A stretch of 51,019 nt of DNA from an uncultured Acholeplasmataceae bacterium (GTDB lineage Bacteria > Bacillota_I > Bacilli_A > Acholeplasmatales > Acholeplasmataceae), in assembly GCA_963541405.1 (NCBI GenBank), contig CAUTSX010000001.1, forward strand, positions 1-51,019. The letters are read 5' to 3'. The position numbers and the translations under genes are program-made. The notes below the pieces were generated by a model. That model saw only the letters and a list, made by a program, of their open reading frames with translations. It did not search any database and was not told where the DNA came from. Of the stretch, positions 20,586-30,385 are shown in pieces (positions within the stretch are counted from its first letter, which is position 1; each line of letters opens with the position of its first letter).

Positions 20586-21977
20586 TTATTTCAAAATTCC
20601 AAGTTTCTTTTCAATATCTTCAATGGCTTTTTTTAACTCAACTTGTTCACTGATTTCTTTTTGGATTTTTTCAACAGCAGATATCACGGTGGTGTGGTCT
20701 TTACGGTTAAAAAGTTTTGCTATTTTTGTAAAAACCAAATTATAGTGTTGGCGAATTAAGTACATACAAATGTGTCTAGCAGTGACAACTTTGTAACTTT
20801 TCTTTAATGAAAGAATGTCAAAAGGCTGAAGTTCGTAGTATTTGGCAACTACCGAAATTATGTTGTTAACTTCTTTTTCAACCGAAGCTTTTGGTACAAA
20901 AGTCTCAGTTTGTGCGTTGATCAACACGCGAATGGCTTCTTTGACATTTTCTAAGGTGATTGGAATGTTAGACATTGTGCAGTTCATGATTGACGAATAC
21001 AAAGCGCCTTCTAAATCGCGGACATTAGTTTTAATAACTTTAGCAATATACATTAAAATGTCTTCGCCAATTTGGCTTGTAGTTTCTGGTGCAAACATTT
21101 CACTGGCTTTTCTTTTTAAAATAGACACACGGTGTTCATCGTTTGGAACTTCAATGCTGGCAGTCAAGCCCCAAGCAAAGCGAGAAACTAAGCGCGAGTG
21201 GATGTTTTGCAGTTCACTGGTTTTGCGGTCAGAGGCTAAAACTATTTGTTTATTTGAGTTATGAAGGTGTTCATATAGTTTAAAAAACTCATTTTGAGTT
21301 TTCTCAGCCCCACTAATCATTTGAATATCGTCTATCAGTAGACAGTCTAAGGATTTGAATTTCTTGTTGAACTGTTGCATACGATTAGTTTTATCGGTTC
21401 CATAAAAAACACTTGTAAACTCTTCAACAAATGTACTCGCTGGAATGTATAAAACCTTTAAATTTGGGTTGTTTTTAATCATTTCATTGCCAATTGCATG
21501 CATTAGGTGAGTTTTTCCAACCCCAACCGCACCAGAAATGTAGAACGGATTTCCGGTTGAAGCAGGCTGTTCTGCAACTGAAATCGCACAGCGATAGGCA
21601 AAGGAGTTTGAAACACCTACTACAAAATTTGAAAACGTATATTTTGGGTTTAATTTACTATCTAGATAACTGTTGGTTTCAAAAGCAGCAGGACTTTCTT
21701 TTTCTTTTTCATATTCAAGGTCGGTTTCTGTAATAAATTTAAATGACAAAGGAGTTTCTTGAAACAAAGTAGCAGCGATTTCGTTAATCTTTTCACTGTG
21801 ATACACAGAAAGTCTGGTTTTGACAAAATCGTTGTCTACTAAAATATAGACAATGTTGTTATCCACCCTATAAATACTAGTTTTAGTACCGAAAAGCGAG
21901 TCAAAACTCTCTTCTTCAATTTCATTTTTAAGTTGATTGATAATGTCTTCCCACAGTTTTTTTACGTCGCTGTCCAT
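20586..21977 (-). CDS. dnaA: Chromosomal replication initiator DnaA
   Basis: NPFYISGAVGVGKTHL Walker A, LLIDDIQ, and C-terminal DNA-binding domain (VTARHICMYLIR...DHTTV). Confidence 0.97.
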   Translation of the reverse strand: MDSDVKKLWEDIINQLKNEIEEESFDSLFGTKTSIYRVDNNIVYILVDNDFVKTRLSVYHSEKINEIAATLFQETPLSFKFITETDLEYEKEKESPAAFETNSYLDSKLNPKYTFSNFVVGVSNSFAYRCAISVAEQPASTGNPFYISGAVGVGKTHLMHAIGNEMIKNNPNLKVLYIPASTFVEEFTSVFYGTDKTNRMQQFNKKFKSLDCLLIDDIQMISGAEKTQNEFFKLYEHLHNSNKQIVLASDRKTSELQNIHSRLVSRFAWGLTASIEVPNDEHRVSILKRKASEMFAPETTSQIGEDILMYIAKVIKTNVRDLEGALYSSIMNCTMSNIPITLENVKEAIRVLINAQTETFVPKASVEKEVNNIISVVAKYYELQPFDILSLKKSYKVVTARHICMYLIRQHYNLVFTKIAKLFNRKDHTTVISAVEKIQKEISEQVELKKAIEDIEKKLGILK

Positions 21978-22333
21978 AAGTTCTCCTTTTGTGTAAATAT
22001 TTTACCAACACAAGCAAAATAAAAACAATTTTGGTTATCCACAATTTCTGTGGATAACTTGTCTGAGTGTATGCATATGTGGATAAAAATGTGGATAACT
22101 TAGGCAAAATAACCCTTTAAATAGCCGATTTTCTTGAACTTATCCACATCTCCACATTTCAGTTTCCACATCAGAGTTATCCACATTGTGGCTAAAATCA
22201 TTTTTTGTGGATAAAAAACAATTTAGTGAAAGACGATAAAAACACACCTAAAATCTCAATTTTAGCATTAAAAAAATTGCAAAAAAAGTTGTGTTATGTT
22301 AAACTTTTAAGAGCATTGTTTGAAAGGACTAAT
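21978..22333. promoter_or_regulatory. oriC part 1 / dnaA promoter region: dense DnaA-box cluster
   Basis: Seven perfect TTATCCACA/TGTGGATAA 9-mers at 22035, 22049, 22078, 22090, 22140, 22177 and 22206 (start positions). Several 1-2 mismatch copies also occur (22087, 22148, 22162). Confidence 0.88.
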
Positions 22334-22489
22334 ATGAAAAGAACATATCAACCAAGTAAAATTAAAAGAGCACGTACACACGGTTTCATGGAAAGAATGA
22401 GCACTGCAAACGGCCGTAGAGTTCTACAAAGAAGACGTGCAAAAGGACGTTTAGTTTTAACTGTTAGCGACACTAAACACCAAAAATAA
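22334..22489 (+). CDS. rpmH: 50S ribosomal protein L34
   Basis: [39 protein letters not shown]. The track ORF from 22205 is an upstream TTG extension across DnaA boxes. Confidence 0.95.
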   Translation: MKRTYQPSKIKRARTHGFMERMSTANGRRVLQRRRAKGRLVLTVSDTKHQK

Positions 22490-22510
22490 TTTAAATAAAT
22501 ATTTGAACCT

Positions 22511-22560
22511 AACCACCAGATAAATATTTTTAAATTAAATATTTTAAGGTGGTTTTTTTA
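22511..22560 (+). terminator. Hairpin/attenuator between rpmH and rnpA
   Basis: aaccacc...ggtggtt stem enclosing AT-rich palindromic sequence, followed by T7. Confidence 0.5.
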
Positions 22561-22568
22561 TACACATT

Positions 22569-22907
22569 ATGGAAAAAAAATACAGAGTCAAAAAATACGC
22601 AGAGTTTGACCAAATATTTAAAACCGGCAAGAAATTTAGTACCCCGCATTTCAAGGTTATATTTAAATTAACACCAGAGCCACACTCCAGGTTTGGCATC
22701 TCAATCGGTAAAAAATTTGGCAACGCTGTTCAACGCAACAAAATTAAAAGACAAATCAGAAATATTTTGAGAAACTATAAACAATGCAAATTAAGTTTTT
22801 TAACAATAGTTGTAGTTAAACCTGTAGCAGCAACACTAACTTTCATAGAAATCCAAAAAGAACTGATGAGTTCTTTAAATAAAATCTATAAAGTGGAGGA
22901 ACAATGA
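22569..22907 (+). CDS. rnpA: Ribonuclease P protein component
   Basis: Position after rpmH. Basic 112-aa protein with RFGISIGKKFGNAVQRNKIKRQIR. Confidence 0.92.
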   Translation: MEKKYRVKKYAEFDQIFKTGKKFSTPHFKVIFKLTPEPHSRFGISIGKKFGNAVQRNKIKRQIRNILRNYKQCKLSFLTIVVVKPVAATLTFIEIQKELMSSLNKIYKVEEQ

Positions 22908-24526
22908 ATAAAATCAAAACCCTGCTTTTGTTTTTCATTTCAGCAGTTTTAGTTTTTACTTTAGTGTCTTGTAATAAAAAACAAAAAATCATTGGTCTAT
23001 ACCATCAATTTGGTACTTACTCAGAGCGTGTGCAACTAAACTCAGGCAAAGAAATTTCTTTGCAAGGAAATGACTTTAGAGCACTTGCTCCGCTTACTGA
23101 AAACTTACCTTCTATTTCTGTATATCGTCTACTTGAAGACGGATCTGTTCAACAACTTAACCGTGGTAACTTCAAGGATGGATACAGATTAACGCTTGGC
23201 GAAAAAGTTGATGAAAACGGACTAATAGACGTTACTTTAACAGATGTGCAAGACAAAAACATCAGCCGCACTTTTAAAGTGGTTTACGACAAAGTACTTT
23301 TTAAGGCAAGCAAAACAAGTATGTATTTTCAAACTTATGAGTTAAATATTGGAAACACTAAAAACCCAGTTTTGACACCTTTTCCGTTCTTTAGACGAAT
23401 TGGCGAACGCGTTAATTTTTCTGACTTAGTTAAATTCAGCAATATTTATCGTTTTAATTTAGACAAAGCACCAGAACCTGAAGTTATTGAAAAAGCACTG
23501 TATGCAAAAAATCTATTAGCACTTGAAGAAGGGCACGATAAAAAAATCCATGCCAAGGACTTAATTGCCAAAAAAGTTATAGACAGCAATTTTGAACAGG
23601 CTAGATATTTAGTTAAAAACAAAGACAAAGAAGTAATTACTTACAGCTACCAAATTAACTTTAACTCGGTGCTAAGTGAAAACTCTGAGTTTTCAGCAAA
23701 ATACCCAGACTTTAGACTAACAACTGACGTTTTTGTAGGTGGTGGCCAATATCCTTTACACAAACAAACTTTCGGTTGGTTTGACTACTTAACCACAGCC
23801 TGGATGGGCTGGCTACTTGGTAATACTTCAATTGCAGGTAAGTTTGCAATCGGTATTATTTTTACAACAATAATCGTGCGTATTTTAGCCTGGCCAATTT
23901 ACGCCCGCACTAACGTAATGTCTGCCAGAATGCAGAAAATGACCCCTGACTTAAATAAACTAGAACGTAAATATCAAGGCAGAACAGACAAAGCCTCTAT
24001 TCAACAAAAACAGATGGAGACGATGCGAATTTATCGTAAATACAAAGTAGGCTTTTCGTCTTTCTTAATTCCTTTCTTGCAGATGCCGATTTTCATTGGA
24101 GTTTACAACACCATTAACCGAGTTACTGTGGAAGGTGGATACTACGCATACCAAGTTTGGGACAAGTCTTTTATGGGGCTAAACTTAGGAGCCGGTAAAG
24201 ACTTAACTAACTATCTGCTTGCCTTTATAGTGTTTTGCACCATGGTTTTAATTCAGTTAATTAGTTCATATAAAACCGCAAAAATGCGTGAAAAGGATGC
24301 TCGTACTGTGGTAATTGATCCAAAAAAAGACCCTAAACGCAACCAACGTATGATGCTGATTTTTGGAATTATCATGGCTGCTGTAATGACTTGGTGGTCA
24401 ATTAACGACCGAGGACTGGCGTTTTACTGGATAGTAGGTAACTTATTTTCAATCGGTCAAACTGCTTTTTATAAAATTGTTTCAATTAAAAAAGAAAACA
24501 AACCCCAAACAGAGGAGTTATTATAA
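22904..24526 (+). CDS. yidC: YidC/Oxa1 membrane insertase with a long N-terminal lipoprotein domain
   Basis: Lipobox LVFTLVSC. The C-terminal ~250 aa match the insertase core (IIVRILAWPIYARTNVMSARMQKMTPDL...). Conserved rnpA-yidC-jag order. Confidence 0.88.
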   Translation: MNKIKTLLLFFISAVLVFTLVSCNKKQKIIGLYHQFGTYSERVQLNSGKEISLQGNDFRALAPLTENLPSISVYRLLEDGSVQQLNRGNFKDGYRLTLGEKVDENGLIDVTLTDVQDKNISRTFKVVYDKVLFKASKTSMYFQTYELNIGNTKNPVLTPFPFFRRIGERVNFSDLVKFSNIYRFNLDKAPEPEVIEKALYAKNLLALEEGHDKKIHAKDLIAKKVIDSNFEQARYLVKNKDKEVITYSYQINFNSVLSENSEFSAKYPDFRLTTDVFVGGGQYPLHKQTFGWFDYLTTAWMGWLLGNTSIAGKFAIGIIFTTIIVRILAWPIYARTNVMSARMQKMTPDLNKLERKYQGRTDKASIQQKQMETMRIYRKYKVGFSSFLIPFLQMPIFIGVYNTINRVTVEGGYYAYQVWDKSFMGLNLGAGKDLTNYLLAFIVFCTMVLIQLISSYKTAKMREKDARTVVIDPKKDPKRNQRMMLIFGIIMAAVMTWWSINDRGLAFYWIVGNLFSIGQTAFYKIVSIKKENKPQTEELL

Positions 24527-24528
24527 TT

Positions 24529-25155
24529 ATGAATATTAAAGAACTTGACAACATTCAAGCAGAATCTGCAGAGACTGCAATAAAAATTGCTGCCAAAGAA
24601 CTTTTGTGTAGCCCAACTCAACTCAAAGCTATCCCAACTACTTCTGGCACTTTTAACGTTTTTGTCAAACAATCGCCTGCTTTAATTGCTAAAGAGTATT
24701 TGGAAAACATCTTTAGAACTCTTGACATTGACCTTAAAATTGAGTTTAGAACTCTTGAACAAGGCAAACTAATTGTCTTTAATTTAGAGACTTCAGAAAA
24801 CGCTTTTTTAATCGGGAATCGTGGGAATACTTTACACTCCTTGGCTGTTTTGACAAAAATTGCAACTAAACAGTTTTGCGAAGAACAAACCGAAGTTATT
24901 TTAGATATTTCTGGCTACCTTGCTAAACGCAAAACCATTTTAGAGATTTTAGCAACTAAAGAGGCTAAAAAAGTCTTAGCAAGCAAGGCGTCTGCAGAAC
25001 TTAAAAACCTAAATTCATATGAGCGACACATAATTCACGAAAAACTAAGCGACTGGAAAAAAATCCAAACCCATTCACACGGTGAAGGCAAAGACCGAGT
25101 TTTGACAATCTCTTTTGTTGAAAACAAAAAACCTAGCCAAGAACAAGAAGATTAG
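24529..25155 (+). CDS. khpB: Jag/KhpB RNA-binding protein (Jag_N-KH-R3H)
   Basis: Position after yidC. KH-like GNRGNTLHSL and R3H-like NSYERHIIHEKL. Confidence 0.85.
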   Translation: MNIKELDNIQAESAETAIKIAAKELLCSPTQLKAIPTTSGTFNVFVKQSPALIAKEYLENIFRTLDIDLKIEFRTLEQGKLIVFNLETSENAFLIGNRGNTLHSLAVLTKIATKQFCEEQTEVILDISGYLAKRKTILEILATKEAKKVLASKASAELKNLNSYERHIIHEKLSDWKKIQTHSHGEGKDRVLTISFVENKKPSQEQED

Positions 25156-25220
25156 TTTTTTAAGTAATTTTTATATACTTTAAGAACTATATTGATACTA
25201 TAAATAAAAAAGGAGTGTAG

Positions 25221-26585
25221 ATGTTAATAGATTCACAAATTTTAGCCACTAACTTTCAAGAGTATGCTGGCAAGGAAGTTACTTTAAATGGTTGGATTAA
25301 AACTAATCGCGACCAAAAAGAGTTTGGGTTTATTGCTTTAAACGATGGACTTAGACTTGAAAACATCCAAGTGATTTACGAGGCTGGTTTAAGTAATTTT
25401 TTAGATGTCGCTAAGTTAAACTCAGGTGCCTCTATTTCTGTCACTGGTGTGGTAGTTCTAACTCCAGACCGCGCGCAAAGCTTTGAAATAAAGGCAACTG
25501 AAGTCAAAATCATTAAAAACACAGATTCAGACTATCCAATCCAACCCAAAAGACATACTCGCGAGTTTTTGCGAGAGCACTTGGAGTTAAGAGCCCGCAC
25601 TAATTTATTTAACGCAGTTTTCAGAACTCGCTCAGTGTTAGCGCATGCTATCCACACTTTCTTTCAAAATAAAGGCTTTATTTATTTAAACTCGCCAATC
25701 ATCACATCTAACGACGGAGAAGGTGCTGGTGAGATGTTTGTAGTCTCTACACTAAAGCCTGGACAAACTGACTATAAAAAAGATTTTTTTGAAAAGAAGG
25801 CTAACTTAACTGTAACTGGGCAACTACACGCTGAGGCTTATGCTCAGGCTTTTCAAAGAGTCTATACATTTGGTCCAACTTTTAGAGCAGAAAAGTCAAA
25901 CACTCCTAAACACGCTGCGGAGTTTTGGATGGTAGAGCCTGAAGTTGCTTTCTTTGACCTTGAAAAAGACATGGCTTTAGCCGAAGAAATGGTTAAGTTT
26001 TTAGTAAATGAGGCGTTTTTGAAATTAAAACCAGAATTAGAACTTTTCAATAAGTTTGTTGAGCCTGGTTTAATTGACAGATTAACTGAAGTTAAAGTAA
26101 AACCTTTTGCAAGAGTTACACACGCCGAGGCTATAGATATTTTAAAGAAAGCCAAAGTTAAGTTTGAAAACGAACCAAAGCCTGGTCAAGATATATTTAC
26201 TGAACACGAAAAATACCTAACCGATGTTTATTTTAAGTCGCCTGTTTTTATCTACAACTGGCCAAAAGAAATTAAAGCATTTTACATGAAACAAAACGAT
26301 GACAACAAAACCGTGGCAGCCTGTGATTTGCTTGTTGCAAAGTCTGGTGAGTTAATTGGCGGATCTCAGCGAGAGGATGACTACAACAAATTACTTGCTC
26401 GTATGCAAGAACTAAAAATGGACATTGAACCACTTAAATGGTATTTGGATTTAAGAAGACATGGTGGCACTCAGTCTGCTGGTTTTGGACTTGGATTTGA
26501 ACGACTTGTGATGTTTATAACTGGTATTGAAAATATTCGCGATGTTGTGCCTTTTCCAAGAACTTCTAAAAATTTAAACTACTAG
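25221..26585 (+). CDS. asnS: Asparaginyl-tRNA synthetase
   Basis: FGPTFRAEKSNTPKHAAEFWMVEPE, GGSQRED and GFGLGFERLV motifs, about 450 aa. Confidence 0.93.
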   Translation: MLIDSQILATNFQEYAGKEVTLNGWIKTNRDQKEFGFIALNDGLRLENIQVIYEAGLSNFLDVAKLNSGASISVTGVVVLTPDRAQSFEIKATEVKIIKNTDSDYPIQPKRHTREFLREHLELRARTNLFNAVFRTRSVLAHAIHTFFQNKGFIYLNSPIITSNDGEGAGEMFVVSTLKPGQTDYKKDFFEKKANLTVTGQLHAEAYAQAFQRVYTFGPTFRAEKSNTPKHAAEFWMVEPEVAFFDLEKDMALAEEMVKFLVNEAFLKLKPELELFNKFVEPGLIDRLTEVKVKPFARVTHAEAIDILKKAKVKFENEPKPGQDIFTEHEKYLTDVYFKSPVFIYNWPKEIKAFYMKQNDDNKTVAACDLLVAKSGELIGGSQREDDYNKLLARMQELKMDIEPLKWYLDLRRHGGTQSAGFGLGFERLVMFITGIENIRDVVPFPRTSKNLNY

Positions 26586-26605
26586 TAAATTAAAATAATT
26601 TGTAA

Positions 26606-28111
26606 ATGAACAACACCATTGAAATTGTTGACAAAAGGAGAAGAAGTCAATTTTTCAATGTAGCTGAGGCTACACTTTTGTTTATAGCAATCTCTGTGGT
26701 TGTTGTTTTTTTATTGCTAAAAAGTGTTGAAAATAAAAGCAATCCAACCTCAGGACTTGAAATTGAACAAAGTTTTGAAAATGAAATTCTAACCAAAGTT
26801 TATTTGCCTAAACTATATCTTGGCAAAACTGTAAAGTGGTATTCAAATAGTCAGTTAATTGATTTAAAAACAGGGAATGTTTCTCAACCATTTTTAGACA
26901 CCAAAGTTAAGTTAACCGCTGAAATCGCTAACCATAAAAAAGACTTTATGTTAGAAATCAAAGGCTATAAAAACGCTTTATTAAGCGAAAAAACAAAAAT
27001 AATAACAGCAATTGAAAAACTTCAATATTATAATTTTGACTCAATTTTCTTAAATACTTTTAGTCAGTTTAAACAAAGTAAAGCAACTGAATCTGAGTAT
27101 AAAAAAGAAGTCGAAAAACTGATTTATGCGTTTTCAAAACAAGCGTATTTAGGCAAAGTTTCGGCTAATTTTCAGAACTTTGAAAGCATAAAGTTGTATC
27201 CAGAAAAAGATAATTATATGGTTGGAGAACTTATATTTATAAAAACAAAACACATTTCTATCAACCAACAAAAATACATAACTTATCAGTATTTGCCGTA
27301 TGTGTGCGAAGAAAATAACGTCAATAATGATATCGTGCTTGAAAAAATAAACCCCAAAAGTAAAGCAGAGATTTCCTCTTTAATCGCTTCACTAAAAGAA
27401 AATTTTAAACCGCGTACTTATCTTGCCTACAGCCAATGTCAAGGCGTGTTAATTAACTCAGACAAGTCAATTAACGACCTTACGCAAATTACTACAATTT
27501 ATGACAACAAACTATATCCTGCAGTATGGAATGGCAAGGAACTCAACAAAGAACACGTCTGGCCAAACTCGCGCCTTGGTTTGAAAAGAGTTCAGCAAAG
27601 CGATCGCGACATCAGAGCTGATTTGCACAACCTTAGACTTTCCACCGCTAAAGTCAATCAGTTTAGGTCAAATTATTTTTTTAGTGAGCACCCAAATTTT
27701 GCAAATCGTTTTAGATATAACTTAAAAAACAAACAATTTTGGCCATCCAAAGTTTCAAGCGGAGAAGTCGCACGTATTCTTTTTTACATGGCTTTGATTT
27801 ACCCAGAACTCAAACTAATTGATTTTGAAAACCTAAACAACAGCAGAGTTTCCACTGTCATGGGTTCACTTTCTGAAATAAAAAAATGGGGTGCTGAAAC
27901 CCCAATTTCTGAATTTGAAAAGAGACGAAATAAAATAATTTTAAAATATCAAGGCAACTCAAACCCTTTCATTGAGTTTCCAGGTTTATTTCAATTGTTA
28001 AAAGAAAGTGACTATTTTAATAGTTATAATTATTATTTGCTACAACTAAAATATAGAAAAGCAACTTTATTGTGTGTCTTTTTAAGAAAGCAAAAAAACC
28101 AAAATTTTTAA
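26606..28111 (+). CDS. Membrane-anchored endonuclease I-family nuclease with an uncharacterised N-terminal half
   Basis: N-terminal TM segment (LLFIAISVVVVFLLL). The C-terminal NKEHVWPNS...DLHNLRLSTAKVNQFRSN...VARILFYM resembles the Endonuclease_1 family. Confidence 0.65.
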   Translation: MNNTIEIVDKRRRSQFFNVAEATLLFIAISVVVVFLLLKSVENKSNPTSGLEIEQSFENEILTKVYLPKLYLGKTVKWYSNSQLIDLKTGNVSQPFLDTKVKLTAEIANHKKDFMLEIKGYKNALLSEKTKIITAIEKLQYYNFDSIFLNTFSQFKQSKATESEYKKEVEKLIYAFSKQAYLGKVSANFQNFESIKLYPEKDNYMVGELIFIKTKHISINQQKYITYQYLPYVCEENNVNNDIVLEKINPKSKAEISSLIASLKENFKPRTYLAYSQCQGVLINSDKSINDLTQITTIYDNKLYPAVWNGKELNKEHVWPNSRLGLKRVQQSDRDIRADLHNLRLSTAKVNQFRSNYFFSEHPNFANRFRYNLKNKQFWPSKVSSGEVARILFYMALIYPELKLIDFENLNNSRVSTVMGSLSEIKKWGAETPISEFEKRRNKIILKYQGNSNPFIEFPGLFQLLKESDYFNSYNYYLLQLKYRKATLLCVFLRKQKNQNF

Positions 28112-28128
28112 GTCTTAGATTTGTTTTT

Positions 28129-29304
28129 TTAATTAATTTCATTCAGCAGGTATCCTTCATCGGCCACTTTTTTGACTAACTTCAAAATAAGTTCACCATA
28201 TTCAGCCTTTGCTTTATTTTTAAATAGTTTCTCGTAGTTGATATTTTTACTTTTAACATATTTTTCAGCCTCAATATATCTTGAAACATCTTGGATAACT
28301 TCATTTCGGCAGTAGTCGCGGTTGTAAAAATATTTGGCAATTTTTAAAGCAAGGTCTATTGTCTCTGTTTGAAAGCGAATTAAGTTTACACGCATATCTT
28401 TTTCAAAATACTTGTTTTCAACAATCTTTTTGATAAATTTAATTTGATTTTTAACTTTGTTTGTATAGATAAAATATCGGTTTTCTTGTTTTTCCAAAAA
28501 ATACAAAAAACCCAACATCTCATCTACATTTAAACAAGCAGTAAAACCATTTAGCAGATTGTCGGTAAACTTACGCCTAATAATTATATCAAACATCTTA
28601 GTTTCACGTAAATTATTGATAAACTCACGAAAATATCCATTTAAAAAAACCTTGTTAAACTCGCTTGTTATGCGTTCAGGGTGGATTTCCTTAACTAAAT
28701 TACTTAAGTTATTTAAACTTGCTTTCGTGTTAGATTCTATTGAAAAACCCAGTTTTGTTTGAAAGTAAATGAGGCGAATTAGTCTAAGAGCGTCTTCATT
28801 GAAACGACAGTCAGGTGAACCAATTGTTTGAATTTGTTTGTTTTTGATATCCAAAAGTCCGCCAACATAATCCAAAACTGTGTAGTTTTTATCCAAGATT
28901 AGCGCATTTATCGTAAAGTCTCTTCTGACCAAATCTTCTTTAATATCTTTAGTGAAAACAACACTTTCAGGGTGCCTGTTGTCTTGGTAGTCTTTTTCAC
29001 TTCGGTAAGTCGTCACGTCGTAGGCAACTCCGTCAATCAATACGTCAACTGTTCCGTATTTAATACCTTTGTCAAAAGTGTACTTAAATACTTTTTTAAT
29101 CTCTTGTGGTTCAGCACTTGTTGTGATGTCAATATCTGTACTTAACTTTTTAAACCCACAAACTAAGTCTCGAACAAATCCACCCACTATGTATGCAGAA
29201 TGTCCTGCTTCTTCTAGTTTTCTTAAAATATAAAAAGCCCCCATAATTATGGGGTTTTTTAAGTCAATTTGATTTTTTACGTTAATTCTTAGTGCTTTCT
29301 GCAT
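28129..29304 (-). CDS. cca: CCA-adding tRNA nucleotidyltransferase
   Basis: AGHSAYIVGGFVRD...DIDITT...RRDFTINAL. The start is ambiguous (ATG at 29304 or 29244). The track start at 29391 would overlap the upstream gene by 110 nt. Confidence 0.85.
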   Translation of the reverse strand: MQKALRINVKNQIDLKNPIIMGAFYILRKLEEAGHSAYIVGGFVRDLVCGFKKLSTDIDITTSAEPQEIKKVFKYTFDKGIKYGTVDVLIDGVAYDVTTYRSEKDYQDNRHPESVVFTKDIKEDLVRRDFTINALILDKNYTVLDYVGGLLDIKNKQIQTIGSPDCRFNEDALRLIRLIYFQTKLGFSIESNTKASLNNLSNLVKEIHPERITSEFNKVFLNGYFREFINNLRETKMFDIIIRRKFTDNLLNGFTACLNVDEMLGFLYFLEKQENRYFIYTNKVKNQIKFIKKIVENKYFEKDMRVNLIRFQTETIDLALKIAKYFYNRDYCRNEVIQDVSRYIEAEKYVKSKNINYEKLFKNKAKAEYGELILKLVKKVADEGYLLNEIN

Positions 29305-29680
29305 TGCATCTATTTTTGCAAAGACATTTGTTTTGCAAAAGTCCAACTTTGACAATAAAGACAAGCGCAAATATTGGAATAAAAAAACCAATTAAGAAAC
29401 AAGCATAGTCAAACTTTTTAGTAATTTGGTTGTTTTTAATATAAGTTAGCACATAAAAAATTAAATAAGCAAACCCAGAAGCAATCGCCACAATCAGCAT
29501 AATTGCCGCTGTGGTTAAAATCAAAGAAAGTTGAGCAGATGACTGAATTTCTGGTTTTAAGTCGGCAGCATTTGCCTTAATTAAGTTAAATGCGCTTAAC
29601 AGCACCGCACTTGCACTGGCAGCAAGCGCTGTTGTAAGATATAAATAAAGAGCAGTTAGAGAAATTTGTTTTTCTTTCAT
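29282..29680 (-). CDS. Hypothetical small membrane protein (3-4 TM)
   Basis: Hydrophobic segments, AGAGG RBS, ATG start. I recognise no family. Confidence 0.55.
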   Translation of the reverse strand: MKEKQISLTALYLYLTTALAASASAVLLSAFNLIKANAADLKPEIQSSAQLSLILTTAAIMLIVAIASGFAYLIFYVLTYIKNNQITKKFDYACFLIGFFIPIFALVFIVKVGLLQNKCLCKNRCNAESTKN

Positions 29681-29711
29681 TTAAAAAACCTCTTTAGGTA
29701 ATTTTAGCACA

Positions 29712-30329
29712 GTGTACAGGGAGAGATTAGTGTATTTATTAAAAAACAACATAGAGTTTACAACAGAAATTAAAAAATCAGTCTTTCACACCTTAGTTAT
29801 AAAGACAGACACTACTGCTGACTTTGAACATAAGTTAGCAGAAATTAAAAAGCAGTATCCTAATGCTGCTCACTATGTATATGCATATAAAATTAAGCAA
29901 AACTTTAAGTTCAGCGACGACAAAGAACCTGGCGGTAGCGCTGGTTTTCAAATTTATACAACTATTAAAAACTTAGATATCACTGATTTTGCTGCCATTA
30001 TCATTCGTTTCTACGGCGGAATTAAACTAGGATTAGCCGCTTTGACTAGAACTTACAAAAGTCTTTCAGTTGAAGCAATTAAAAAAATTAAAAAAGTCAA
30101 AAAAGAGAACTACATACTTGCTACTTTTAGATTCAACTACAGCGCAAAAGAAAAAGTGCTTAACCTTGTTTCTGCTTTGAATCAAATTGATAGTAAGTAT
30201 TTGTATAAAGACAAAATTTACGCCGAAATTAAACTAGATACAAACGAAGCTTTAAACTCGCTTAAAAATTGTTTGGGCATTGAAATGCTGGAGGTGAAAA
30301 CGCTTACATTTTTTACCGATATTGATTGA
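29712..30329 (+). CDS. yigZ: YigZ/IMPACT-family protein
   Basis: IKKSVFHT..., AAHYVYAY, FSDDKEPGGSAG and IIIRFYGGIKLG. The start is GTG at 29712 or, more likely, GTG at 29730 after a GGGAGAG RBS. Confidence 0.85.
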   Translation: MYRERLVYLLKNNIEFTTEIKKSVFHTLVIKTDTTADFEHKLAEIKKQYPNAAHYVYAYKIKQNFKFSDDKEPGGSAGFQIYTTIKNLDITDFAAIIIRFYGGIKLGLAALTRTYKSLSVEAIKKIKKVKKENYILATFRFNYSAKEKVLNLVSALNQIDSKYLYKDKIYAEIKLDTNEALNSLKNCLGIEMLEVKTLTFFTDID

Positions 30330-30385
30330 ATTTTTAAAATTGATAGTCTATACTATATATGAAGTTTTTTAAAAAAGGAGAAAAA

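Noticed and set aside
22205-22333. N-terminal 43 codons of track ORF 22205..22489
   Set aside because: It starts at a TTG inside a DnaA box and runs across origin DNA. The canonical L34 sequence begins at the ATG at 22334.
29232-29262. Hairpin aaaaagcccccataattatggggtttttt as a terminator between the membrane-protein gene and cca
   Set aside because: The stem is only ~5 bp and it overlaps a candidate cca start codon. It is too weak to call.
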